From positions 744,001 to 808,000 of the forward strand of contig JADEYG010000012.1 in assembly GCA_016906335.1 (NCBI GenBank): DNA of 64,000 nt, given 5' to 3'. This DNA comes from Novakomyces olei (taxonomy: Eukaryota). Made by a program: the position numbers and the translations under genes. The notes beneath the pieces are model-generated. The model ran no database searches. It had not been told where the DNA came from and worked only from the letters and a program-made list of their open reading frames with translations. Of the stretch, positions 25,205-36,632 are shown in pieces (position 1 is the first letter of the stretch; every line of letters begins with the position of its first letter).

Positions 25205-27921
25205 TTAATGAGCTTAGTTTGTCAGCAGAGATAATCAAGCGGTGTTCATACAAATATACTGAAAGCAGTAACTGATTTGGTCAAGGCCAGCTTCCTGCCG
25301 TAGTAGCCCGTCTTCAATTGTCTCCAGATCTTCATTGCGAAAATGATTCCACCTAAGAACGTATTAGCGTATTATTTGAGTCAGACTTACGAGCTAGTAT
25401 CGCCATAAAGCATGGCTGGGGCTTTACAGGTCTGCTGGTTGTTTTTGCACCGTTTGCACTTGAAGGTATCATGAGTGTCGCAAACAGTATGGCTGTTGAA
25501 CTTGAAAAGTGTCCTTAAATTGCCCAGCGAAAAGTGTCTCTCCACGTCTTGCGCTTCGTCAACCACACAAGATGAAAGGGACTGTTTGTGACTCTGCCTT
25601 TGGAATATTTTCTCTTCAATCGTGCCAGTTGCAATAAAACGGTAAACGAAACCTGATTGCGTCAGTACGAAAATTGACCCGTGTATTCCCATCTTACAGT
25701 CTTTCTTCTGCCCATCACGCCATACACGGGCAAGAGCTTGCTGATCAGCAGCGGGATTCCAGTCTGTTTCACATTAGTTATCATCTAGCACAATCAAGAT
25801 GCATTGATCTATGCATCTTCACGTACCAGGATCAAACAAAATGAGGCGGTTAGCTCCGACCAAATTGATACCGCATCCTCCAGCTTTACTGCTCAACAGG
25901 AACACAAACTCTGGTTCTTCAGGGTTATTGAACCTGTCGACCAATTTTTGGCGTTTGTTTATACTCATCGATCCGTCAAGTCGAAGGCATCCGTACCTTG
26001 AGGTTAATTTTAGTCTTCATTACAAAACCTACTTTCTAGAATGGCAGAGTCGCTCAAAGACATCAAGTGTCTGTGTGTAATTGCTGATGAGCACAATCTT
26101 ATCGTTTGTTTCTTTGCGAATACGTGCCAGCATTCGATCCAGGACCAAAAGTTTGCCTGAGAGACTTGTATCGACATCACGATCTCGGGAGCTCCTATAC
26201 TGTCGAGGAGTATAAACGCCATCAAAGTATTTATCGCTTCCTTTGATTGCGTCCGGTAGATCGAGTAAATCAGGATGATTACAGAGCTTTTTAAGCAGTG
26301 TAATGGCTTGCAGGGGTTGATTGCCCTCCTCTTTTAACAGTTTTGATACCTCGGAACCCTTTATGAAATGGGTATACAGCTTGGACTGAAAATCAGACAT
26401 GTTGCAAAAAACAACATGCTCGTATTTAACGGGCAGATATTTCGACAAAATATCGTTGGTTCGTCGTATGATAAACTTGTTTACGACAGAAGCTAATTCC
26501 TGTAGCTTCTGGTCCCCAATGGCACGATCTTCCTCAGTAGCATCGGCATCACGTCCACGCAAAATGGCGTTTTCATAATTTTTTCGAAACTCTAATCTGC
26601 TTCCCAGCAAGCTTGGATTGGCAAAGTTTAGTAAGGAAAAGTACTCGGACAAGTCATTCTGTATTGGAGTGCCAGAGAGGATGACACGTCGCTTGCAGTT
26701 CATACTGTCTAGTGCAGTAAATGTTTGGCTCTCACAATTTTTTAGCCGATGGCCCTCATCGCAAAGCAGTAGTCCAATTTCAGCGCCACGGAGCTCCGTC
26801 ACGTAATTGCGCAATGTCTCATAGCTCACTATCATGACGGGCCGAGTAACTTGCTTACCATGAACATCAACCCACTCTCTTATTTGGCGCTTCAATTCAT
26901 CTCTGCCACCTTTACCATCAACGGCAAATGGATTTATAGCATTTTCCCCAAGCCACTTTCTGAGTTCGTTGGCCCAGTTTTTCACCAGCGTACTTGGGCA
27001 GGCAATGATACATTTCTCAATAACCGGCTTCCCAGGAATCGGTGACTGTCTTAAAAGAGTCCACATTAGAGTTATGCACTGTAGAGTTTTACCCAAGCCC
27101 ATTTCGTCCGCCATGATTCCACCAAAGGCCCGTGCATCTAGTCGACCAGTAGTACATTTCCATAAAAACTTGACCCCGTCTACCTGGTGCGGCCGCAATA
27201 TCTTTGACAAACGGGGGTCCAACACCACAGGCACTGGCTGAATGGTGTCCTCTTTCTCCTCGCGAATGCCTAATAAACCTGCAAGCGAGACGAGTTTTGT
27301 CTTTGGTTTCTCCTCAGTCTCATGGCTTGCCTTTAATTCCACGACTGGTGTCCGTCCAGTCTCTGGACCATCTTCCACTCTCAACCCATTTTCCTTCTGT
27401 GACAACTCCAGGGTCTCCCTTTCCCGCTGAGCCTTGAGCTGGGCTTCGTAAGGATCGACTGGCTCTACTGTAGGGTCAAACAGAACAATAGCATGATCTG
27501 AAGACGGATCATGCAAAGGACGCGGATTTATCTTTGGCCGTCGCCGCATTCCCAGTGGTGTTAAAGGTCCCGAAGCAAAGAAATCACCATCGCCGCTCTT
27601 GTGTACGGGAGAATTAAAACGCTGTTGAAACACTTCATTGAAAGATCGCACTTGCAGCAAAGGCTTTCGAACTGGCCTGTATATATCGTATTTCTCTTCA
27701 GTATGATAAGAATCATTATCGCCATCGCCATCGCCACCATCGGCTTCTCCGTCCTGATAGACTGAATAGTCGACGCGTCGGCGTTTGCGTTGTGGAACTA
27801 TACGCGTCTTTACATCACCGGCAAAAGGGCTTTTAAATTTTCCAAAAGGGACATTCTGAGGCTGCTTCAGAGTTGAGTTAGGTGCCTGCTGCAGCGCCGA
27901 TGGTGCTCCGTTCCTTAGCAT
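25205..27921 (-). CDS. rad54: SNF2-family DNA translocase Rad54; exons 27921-26033, 25996-25827, 25763-25698, 25653-25391, 25352-25252, 25212-25205
   Basis: RPLHDP N-terminal motif, [52 protein letters not shown]. Five introns; spliced C-terminus FQYISH. Confidence 0.95.
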
Positions 27922-28647
27922 TTAAGAGCGAGGCCGTTCCTGCGTATGAGAGATCTCTGATAAATGCGCATGCACGGTCACGTGTTTGGCATGCTTATGC
28001 TATCTCTTTTTATTAATTAATAATTTTATTAAATAAATAATAATACATTTGATAAAGCAGTAAACAAAACACGACAGACGAGTCAAATTTGAAGTTATTA
28101 TTTTATTATGAAATATCTTCTTATTATTCATTTTATTAATTACAAATCATATATCGTGAATATACTGTATTACTTGAGTCATAGGCCACCATACAGATAT
28201 AGCCCAACAGACAAACGGTATATCGCCTATACGGTTACTATGGATTTATGCAAAGCCGAGCCGCTTGCACAGACGCTAACCAAACGAATTGCTGTTACAA
28301 CCTTTGCCTTTTGCGCACGGATGCCCTTCCACATAATTTGCCGTTAAGTTCCAGAGCACATGATTGGGTCTGGCGTTTTATGTGTATCTTTGTCATGTCT
28401 TTCTATATTTATTTACAAGCCATAAGATTATCTACATTAATCTGTATTCAAAGGCTTCAATGTTTACAAAAAATAACCTTCTGCAAAACTTGTCAACATT
28501 GATCTAGTTAATAATGTAATTCTATTAAAGATCCGCCAACGTTCAAAAAAAACAAACTTTTTGTACAAGTCGTGGAAGATTGACCACTTTTCACAATGCC
28601 AATTAGATAACAAAACCTCCCAATCATCAAGATAATAAACTCCAAAT

Positions 28648-31131
28648 CTAATGCTCATCCTCCTTTACCTCCTCTTTGGCTGGTTTGCCCTGGCTCCGTA
28701 CAGCATGACGTAAAGCATCCGCCAAATCCACATGAAAATAGGGATAGTTTGAGCCGTACAACGGAACAAAGTCACGGGAGCTGGTTGTGCTACCAGCAAG
28801 CGAGCGAGCTTCAGTAGCATCACCGAAATTCTTCTCTACTGAACTAACGGATTTGCGAGTATTGCCCACAAAAGAGATATCATCCCCACCCAAACGCTCA
28901 AAATCATTTTGAGCAGCAGCTGCTGCCTGTGCTTGCTGGTGCCTTCGGGACTTGGCCCGCTCTAAAGCACCTTCGTCGTCAATGGCAAACACGCCGGAAG
29001 GTAAAGGCACAACTCCGGCCACTTCGATCTGGTGCTTATTTGGATCCTTTTCAACCCCGAATCCACCAGACACAAGAGACCGTTTAACCCAAGGCGAAAG
29101 AATATGAGAAAAATGAAACTCGACGGGTCCATTAGCATGTAAACTGAGCTCCTTTTGACAGTCAACCAGAGCCTGGATACCAGTCGTATCGATATGGCTA
29201 ACAGTAGAGAAATCAAAAATGACTGCGTGCAATAATGGCCGGTGATCCTCAGTCACATTTTTCTCGAGATTGCGTGGTCCGTAATAATTCCAAGGCCGAT
29301 CACCTAGAGTTTTCCACAAAGCTGCTTTTCCCGGGCGTGTTTCCTTCTTGGCCTTATCAGAGATGAGGCTGCTGATATCAGAGGCATTGGGGTACAAAAA
29401 GGACTCTTCCAACCGGAAAATGATGATACCCGGAGGCGGTGGGATAACGTTTATCGATGGGTTGTGCGCAGTGCCGTATTGGTCCAAGGGTACAAAGATA
29501 TCCCGTTCAACTACATGTGACTGTACGCTTTCTGCTCCGGAATTGCTTGAACTTGGGCCCCAGGTTACTTGCTGTGCGACTCTAACCATGCCGAGGAAAC
29601 GGCCACGTGGTTTCGCAATACGGTAGAGCAATAGAGCAGCTGAGGTGCAAATGGTGGTGTAGATGCCGTCTTCCACCGAAGTAAAGACTGTGACAATAAC
29701 ACCAGCCAGAAAAATGAGGGCTTCCAATGGCTGAATGCGCCAGTAAGTATAGACCTGTCTAGGCCAAATGATCAAATCACCCACCGCGTGAATAATAACG
29801 GCGGCCAATACTGCTTGAGGAATCCAGTAAAAGGCCTCTGTCAAGGCATACAGGGCAATAATGACAACAATACCGGTAAAGATACCGGCAATGGGCGTAC
29901 GTACACCTGATTTGGCCTTGATAGCACTGCGGGAAAAGGATCCAGTGGCCGGATAGGCATTGAAAAAAGTTGCTATAAGATTGGTGACACCGATAGCAAT
30001 AAGCTCCTGGTCTGGATTCACTTTGTAGTTGTTGATCCGGCCAAAACTCTTAGCGATAGCAATGTGCTCTAATAGAAGAACGATACAGCCGACAGGTAAC
30101 TCGGGTGCAATGTCACGAGCCATGTCCTTCGTAATATTAGGGACTCCTACGTGCCGAAAGCCCCGTGGTACAGACTTGATGATCTTGATAGGCGGGTCAC
30201 TAGGGTTGTTCTTGCAGACAGCATAACTAATAGCAGTGCCCACGATAATAATGATACCAGAACGCATTACGAGAGAGAAAAAGGCGACTTTCTCAAATCG
30301 TGGCCACCTTCTGGCGACAAAGTTGCCAGAGAAGCGCCAAAGGTACAAGATGAAGAGCGACACTAGTCCAAAGGCAGCATCAACTTTAGTGTTTGGCAGA
30401 TTTTTCAATGAATTGATAATAATGCGGTAACAGGCACCACGGTTGCTGACGTGCTTGGAAAAGCCCATAAGATTCGGGATCTGGCCGGAGGCGATAGTGA
30501 TAGCACTCCCCGTCATAAACCCGGCGACCGCCGGCATTGGGATAAATTCAATAATAAACCCTAACCGCAGGATACCGATGGCAAAGACTATGGCTCCGAC
30601 CAAGAGGGCAAAGCAGGTGGCAACATCGGGTTTGCTGTAATTCGGGTTACGTCGCATCACGTTATCCAGAGTATCTGCAACCAGCTGAGACATAACGGCA
30701 ACAGGTCCGATAGTCACATCCTTGGAAGTCGCGAAAAAGCAATAGATGAGTACACCAACAAACGAAGAGTAGAGACCGTACTCCGTAGGCAGAGTGGCAA
30801 GCTGAGCATACGACATGGACTGCGGCACAACGATACAGCCGACTGTGATACCGGCAATAAGATCACCGATTAACCAGGTCACGTTGTAGTTTGTGATCCA
30901 TTGGAGGATGGGGAATAGTGAAATGACGTACGCAAGGGCCCGGTGGCGAAAATTGTGCGTTACATTGTCCTCAATCCAGTCTTTAGTCGTAGGCAAATCG
31001 TCCTCGTAAACAGAGTTACCAGGACTATTTTTAGTCTGCAGCCCAACCGTTCCATTGGCATCCTCCGTACCAGCATCTGCATTTGAAGAAAACTTGGAAC
31101 GCGCTTTACGCAGTGCTCCTTGTAAAGTCAT
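28648..31131 (-). CDS. sul1: SulP/SLC26 sulfate permease with STAS domain, intronless
   Basis: DLIAGITVGCIVVPQSMSYA, FFATSKDVTIGPVAV, ATGSFSRSA, FDFSTVSHIDTTGIQAL. Confidence 0.93.
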   Translation of the reverse strand: MTLQGALRKARSKFSSNADAGTEDANGTVGLQTKNSPGNSVYEDDLPTTKDWIEDNVTHNFRHRALAYVISLFPILQWITNYNVTWLIGDLIAGITVGCIVVPQSMSYAQLATLPTEYGLYSSFVGVLIYCFFATSKDVTIGPVAVMSQLVADTLDNVMRRNPNYSKPDVATCFALLVGAIVFAIGILRLGFIIEFIPMPAVAGFMTGSAITIASGQIPNLMGFSKHVSNRGACYRIIINSLKNLPNTKVDAAFGLVSLFILYLWRFSGNFVARRWPRFEKVAFFSLVMRSGIIIIVGTAISYAVCKNNPSDPPIKIIKSVPRGFRHVGVPNITKDMARDIAPELPVGCIVLLLEHIAIAKSFGRINNYKVNPDQELIAIGVTNLIATFFNAYPATGSFSRSAIKAKSGVRTPIAGIFTGIVVIIALYALTEAFYWIPQAVLAAVIIHAVGDLIIWPRQVYTYWRIQPLEALIFLAGVIVTVFTSVEDGIYTTICTSAALLLYRIAKPRGRFLGMVRVAQQVTWGPSSSNSGAESVQSHVVERDIFVPLDQYGTAHNPSINVIPPPPGIIIFRLEESFLYPNASDISSLISDKAKKETRPGKAALWKTLGDRPWNYYGPRNLEKNVTEDHRPLLHAVIFDFSTVSHIDTTGIQALVDCQKELSLHANGPVEFHFSHILSPWVKRSLVSGGFGVEKDPNKHQIEVAGVVPLPSGVFAIDDEGALERAKSRRHQQAQAAAAAQNDFERLGGDDISFVGNTRKSVSSVEKNFGDATEARSLAGSTTSSRDFVPLYGSNYPYFHVDLADALRHAVRSQGKPAKEEVKEDEH

Positions 31132-33151
31132 TCTTTAAATCGTGACGGCGTCCAGTTTAAGAGTTTTGAAGGCAAAATCTGTACAAAAACCCACGATAGG
31201 AATAATCCCAAATGTGTAAAAGTTGTAGAAACAAAACCTTTGGGCAATTTGCAGAAATTCCAACGTCCGGCCGCCGAATTTACCGTTGATTGAGGATTTT
31301 TGAGGATAAAAAGTTTCGAGCTTAGAAAGAGATGTCCAGTGCGAATGCCCACTTCTGTAGCTAGAAAAAAAATTGATAACCGAGAAAATCAATTTCCAGC
31401 AACGATTTGTCCTTGCTACCCGTCCTTGCTAGTTTGAATGTATACCGAGCCCAAATATCCAAATAAACGCTGAAATCCACGACAGTGCCGAACGCAAATA
31501 GCAAATAATTGCGACTTGCAATGCAGGATCTAGGTAGTCGCTTAGAAGGGAAGGAAACGGCTATGTTGATATTACAAACATGCACCAGGAGGTAAGCTTA
31601 TATAAAAAAATGACTGTGGTCTTTTGCTTTTCTTTTTGAATCAACTTTTTTTAGCTCTTCCACGACGTCCCTCGATTTTTCCTATATCAGGCTTGTAAAC
31701 CCTTGACGCTGTAACGTGTGTTCCCCAATTACTGGGCGCTTACTTGGTGATAGGTCCCTTACAATACCCTAAAGGGTAATGAATTACTAACTTTCAAGCC
31801 ATTATAGCAATTTGATTGGTTGGTTCATTAATCTCCGAGAAGAATAGGTAACTGTTGCGTCACGCTATGGCGTGCTTCTTCGTGGTATGGCGTGCGACTT
31901 TACGTCTGTTACATACACAAAATTGCGAATATATAATGCCAATCGCATAATAAATTGGCATTCTTTAACAAGAAGCCTAGGCCTGTTCTGATTACGTAAT
32001 ATACAGATTTTCGGTACTCTGGCTATAGTCTCGCTTAATAGTTTTGTCTGGAGGCGGCTTTTGATCATATAGCGAATATACGTCTATTTCAGGCTGCCAC
32101 GTTTATTTTGTATTAGCTACGTCTGCTTTGGATTAGGGGCATATTAGGTGCTGTCGATGATTTAGATTTGTATTGCGTGTTTGAATTAGACATTGACCTG
32201 CCTTCTGTATTTTCCCTGCATAGACTGACGTGCGTGGCGATAATTGTGATTCACATGACGACGTATTGGTATGTAGCAGGCTGAATTAAGACAGATAACT
32301 TGGCCCAATAGCGGGCTTTGATTCCATTACACTAAAAGAGCATGCTTTGCCGTGATGGTCATACGTGAGGAATGCTGTGAATACTGTGAGTGGCCTGCAT
32401 TACAATGTAAAGTGAATCGTACTCGCATACAATAACGTACGCTGATTGTTTCATTTCTATTTTCATGCCACAAATATGTCGTGATTGTAGGCGATGATTC
32501 AAAATAACATGCATGGCATCTTGATTCAACAGAGTCCATTCTAAAACATCTATCACGAATCAAATTGTAGCACGATTAGTTTTCAATTTTTTTTAAAGAC
32601 ATGCTATGAATTAATACATATCTTATGTTAAGAATCGAACATACGAAGGAAAACATTAAGGGAAGGGCTCAGAAGGCGAAGCAAACTGAATGTATTGAAG
32701 CGATGACCAAATTAACAACTTCGTTAAGGTGCTAAAGATCTAGTGTGGTGTAATGCCATTACGGATATAATATGGTACAGATGCCCCACAGAAGGGGACG
32801 GGTAGCCGTCCCCTTTGGTATACGATAAGCACGGGCGAAAAGCCATCATAATGCAAAATAAAAAAGAGCAGATTAATAAATAAATAAAATAAATAAATAA
32901 AGGACGAAAGGTAGCATTACATAATACATAGATAGCACGTAGTATAATTACGCGCATATTGGCCTTCAAAAATAAATAACATGCTGTTTTTATTACCATT
33001 GGCGTTACAGTAGAATAAATGACTAGAGCTTATCAATGACAATGAGCGTTCAAAATAAACTGTTGGATCAGATGCCGATGTCGACATGCGAGTAACGATC
33101 AGAGTATGAGCTCTTTACCAGGCGTCTACTTTCAATACCGTATATGTCACA

Positions 33152-36100
33152 ATGAAAGCACGGGACAAGTACTTCCATCCGTACGAACCGTACAATGTGC
33201 AACTCGATTTTATGTCTGCACTTTACAGAGTATTAGATGAAGGAGCTGTCGGCATTTTCGAGTCACCTACTGGAACGGTATCTTGTATTGCATCATTCAA
33301 AAGAGAATTTGATATATATTGTGGCATGCCAATCCTAATTTTATTCTTACAGGGTAAATCGCTCAGTCTTATCTGTGCTGCTCTCACGTGGCTTCGTGTA
33401 AATCAGGCTGGCGAAATTGTTTCAGCTGCTGATGAAGATGAACCTGCCTGGGTTCGTGAGCAAATACATGCTCAACGCGTCGCTGACGCGTTACGGCAGC
33501 GCGATGCTTTATTTACGCGCCTGCAATCTGCCCGCATTCGTTTAGAGCAACGTGCGTCATCCGCAAAGCGTACAGTAAGCAATTGCAGTAAAAAGCGCTG
33601 AATTACTAACAAGAATTAGAAAACTGAACACGCTAAGCACGACGATTATCTACAATTTTTAATTGATGAGCCTGAAGCAAACGGTCCCTTCTTTTCGCCT
33701 GCAGTGGAAAGGCTTTTGAACGCGCAAGTATCAAAAACATTTCGTAGTCTAATCTTGCAGGACAGGATACGTTGTCGATTCTGATCCAGGTGGTGAGGAG
33801 AATGCTGTGAAAACAGTCAAGGTATCCAATATTTCGTATCAAGATCTAAACAAAAAGATTTTTTACGCGTCGCGTACACACTCGCAATTATCGCAATTTG
33901 TGTCGGAAATGAAGCGACTAAACGTTCCCGGTCCCGATTTCACAACATTAGACTTGGGGGAGGAGCCCTGCGGGATTCGGCATACTCCTCTTGCTGGGCG
34001 TAAAAACATGTGCATTAATGCTGACGTAGTGCGCCTTGGTTCAGCTACGGCTATGAATGAGCGCTGCCTTGAGCTGCAGAGAAATGGTATAGACTCCATT
34101 CTGCCTTTTTGATTTCCCTTAATTTGATTATTCTCTCATTCGGGATAATGCAATTATATTGTTTGCGTGATTACCGTTATTGACGATTTTCAATTAATTG
34201 GACAATTCAATCTCTCCAGCCATTCTATCATTTTACATTTGTTTTTGCCAGTAATTACTCACCTAGCAGGCAGCAATGGATGCAAGTATTTACCAAAGGA
34301 CGACCCGTCTCAGCAAGACAAGATGGCGGACAATATTGCTGTTAGTAAATTTTTTATTCGTTTATATTCATGTTTATTTGTTTTTCTCTGTTTCACGTTT
34401 CAATTGGCTCAGACACTAATTAATCTCCACAGTCGGATATAATGGACATTGAAGACGTCGTGAGTCTAGGAAAAAAGCTGCACACTTGTCCGTATTATGC
34501 GAGCAGGCGAGCCATCGAGATGGCAGAGGTAGGCTAAACGGATATTGCGATTCTAATGTCCAGGTGGTAACTCTACCCTACCCTCTTCTATTGAGCGAAA
34601 CCGCTAGGGAGGCATTAGGCATTGATTTAAAAGGTCACGTAGTTATAATTGACGAGGCACACAATATTGTGGACGCACTGACCGACATGAACTCGACTTG
34701 CGTTACCTTTACTCATTTACGACTAGCAGAAACTCAGCTAGATGCTTACATGTCGAGGTTTGATAATCGACTGGCTGGAAAAAACAAGGTGTATTTGAAG
34801 CAGCTGTACAAGGTTATAAGAGGTCTTAAGGAATGCCTAAAGTCAAAGACAAATGAAATTGAAATTGACGCTCACTCGATTTTGCCAGTAAATGATGTTT
34901 TGACTTCATTTGGCCTCGACCAGGTCAACCTGTACGAGCTTGATTCGTATATATCAAGGGCCAAAATAGCAAGGAAAATCGATGGCTATATTGTGTATGA
35001 AAATTCACAGCAACAGCAAAATACTGGAAAACCTGCACGGCAAACGGTCCCTGTCCTCATGCATATCCAGCAATTCCTGCTCTGCCTTGTTAACCCGTCC
35101 AAGGAAGGCAGATTGTTTTGCGAAAAGGCGAAACGGGTGCCAAACGGAGAAGAAATGCAGTTCAGGTACCTCCTTTTGGATCCTTCGCATGAGTTTTCTA
35201 AAGTCGTTAATGACGCAAGATCTGTTATTCTCGCTGGAGGCACAATGTCCCCAGTGGATCAGTTTAAAATGTTTCTGTTCCAAGAGGACTGTATTACCTC
35301 CAGACTTAATGTTTTTAGCTGTGGCCATGTCATTCCTAAAGAGAACATGCTTTGTCTTACGCTTGACAAGGCTAGCAACGGACGCGAGATTCAGGTTGTC
35401 TACAGTACGAGAAGTGACGAGTCACTAGTCCTCGATATTGGCAATACGATTGTACAACTTTGCAGGTCTATACCGGACGGCATTGTTATATTCTTGCCGA
35501 GTTTCCAGTACTTGTCGTACATTATTGAAGTATGGAAACGGCCCGGAAAGGACGGATCCATCTGGAACCAGTTGGAGCATTTGAAAAAGGTAGGGAATAC
35601 TGTCAGCTTATTCAGTCTAATTGTTTGTCTGTTTGATGCTTTACGTTTTGTTTGCAAGTTTTCATGTCCACTTCTATTTTTATTGGCAATTCTGAACCTT
35701 AGAGAGGCTACAAAACTATTGTTCATTTAATCATTTCGCCTTTTCATGCTCGATTCCTCTCTAACCGCTTGCACGTGTGACACGCCTGAGCCTTTTGTAC
35801 AAACAAGCCGATATCTCTGACTTTTATTTTACTGCTTTTGACGCCTTTGCCTTTGCGTTATCTTATGACTTTGGGCGCAATAAGTTTTCCTGTCTAATTT
35901 GTAGATATTCCATGAGCCTCGGACGTCGGCAGAGGTAGATTCCGTCTTGGCTGGGTATCATAATCATATACACAGGCCAGGCTCAAATGGCGCAATCTTA
36001 TTTGCAGTTGTCGGGGCTAAAATGTCAGAGGGCATAAACTTTTCCGATCGTCTTGGGCGGGGAATCATCGTTGTAGGAATGCCTTTTCCAAACGCGAATT

Positions 36101-36381
36101 CTCCAGATATGGTAGAAAAGCTAAAGTACGTCCGTACTCAGCACGGGGCCGTTGCTGCCAATGGAGTCTTAGAATCAATGTGTATGCGAGCAGTAAACCA
36201 GGCAATCGGCCGAGCTATTCGGCATCGAAACGATTATGCGGCCATTGTACTCATGGACGCTCGTTATACTCAAACAAGAATTAAAAATTTGTTACCAGCA
36301 TGGATTAGATCTTCGATCAAATCCACAAAAGAATTTGCATCGGCAAAGAGCGAAATCGATACGTTTTTCAATAGAAAATGA
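33152..36381 (+). CDS. chl1: Fe-S DNA helicase Chl1/DDX11; exons 33152-33277, 33353-33574, 33620-33723, 33761-34086, 34270(or 34267)-34340, 34433-34528, 34564-35589, 35905-36381
   Basis: [71 protein letters not shown]. Seven introns, one of them GC-AG. Confidence 0.93.
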
Positions 36382-36632
36382 CTCTATTAATTGACGCTGT
36401 TTGTAAAAAGAGACGTGACTGATTGGTTTCCGTGATTTGCCGCTGATACCCAGAGATTATGCGTAGTTTGCTAGTGAATAATAATTAACGAATCAGCACA
36501 ATGAGCATATGCAAAAGGTCTAGATGTAGTCTCTAATTTTACTATTTACTTTACCCATTTTTTAGTTTTAATTTATAATCTTTTTTGTATTAATTATTGT
36601 TTATAAATATGAATAAACAAATATTGGGTATC

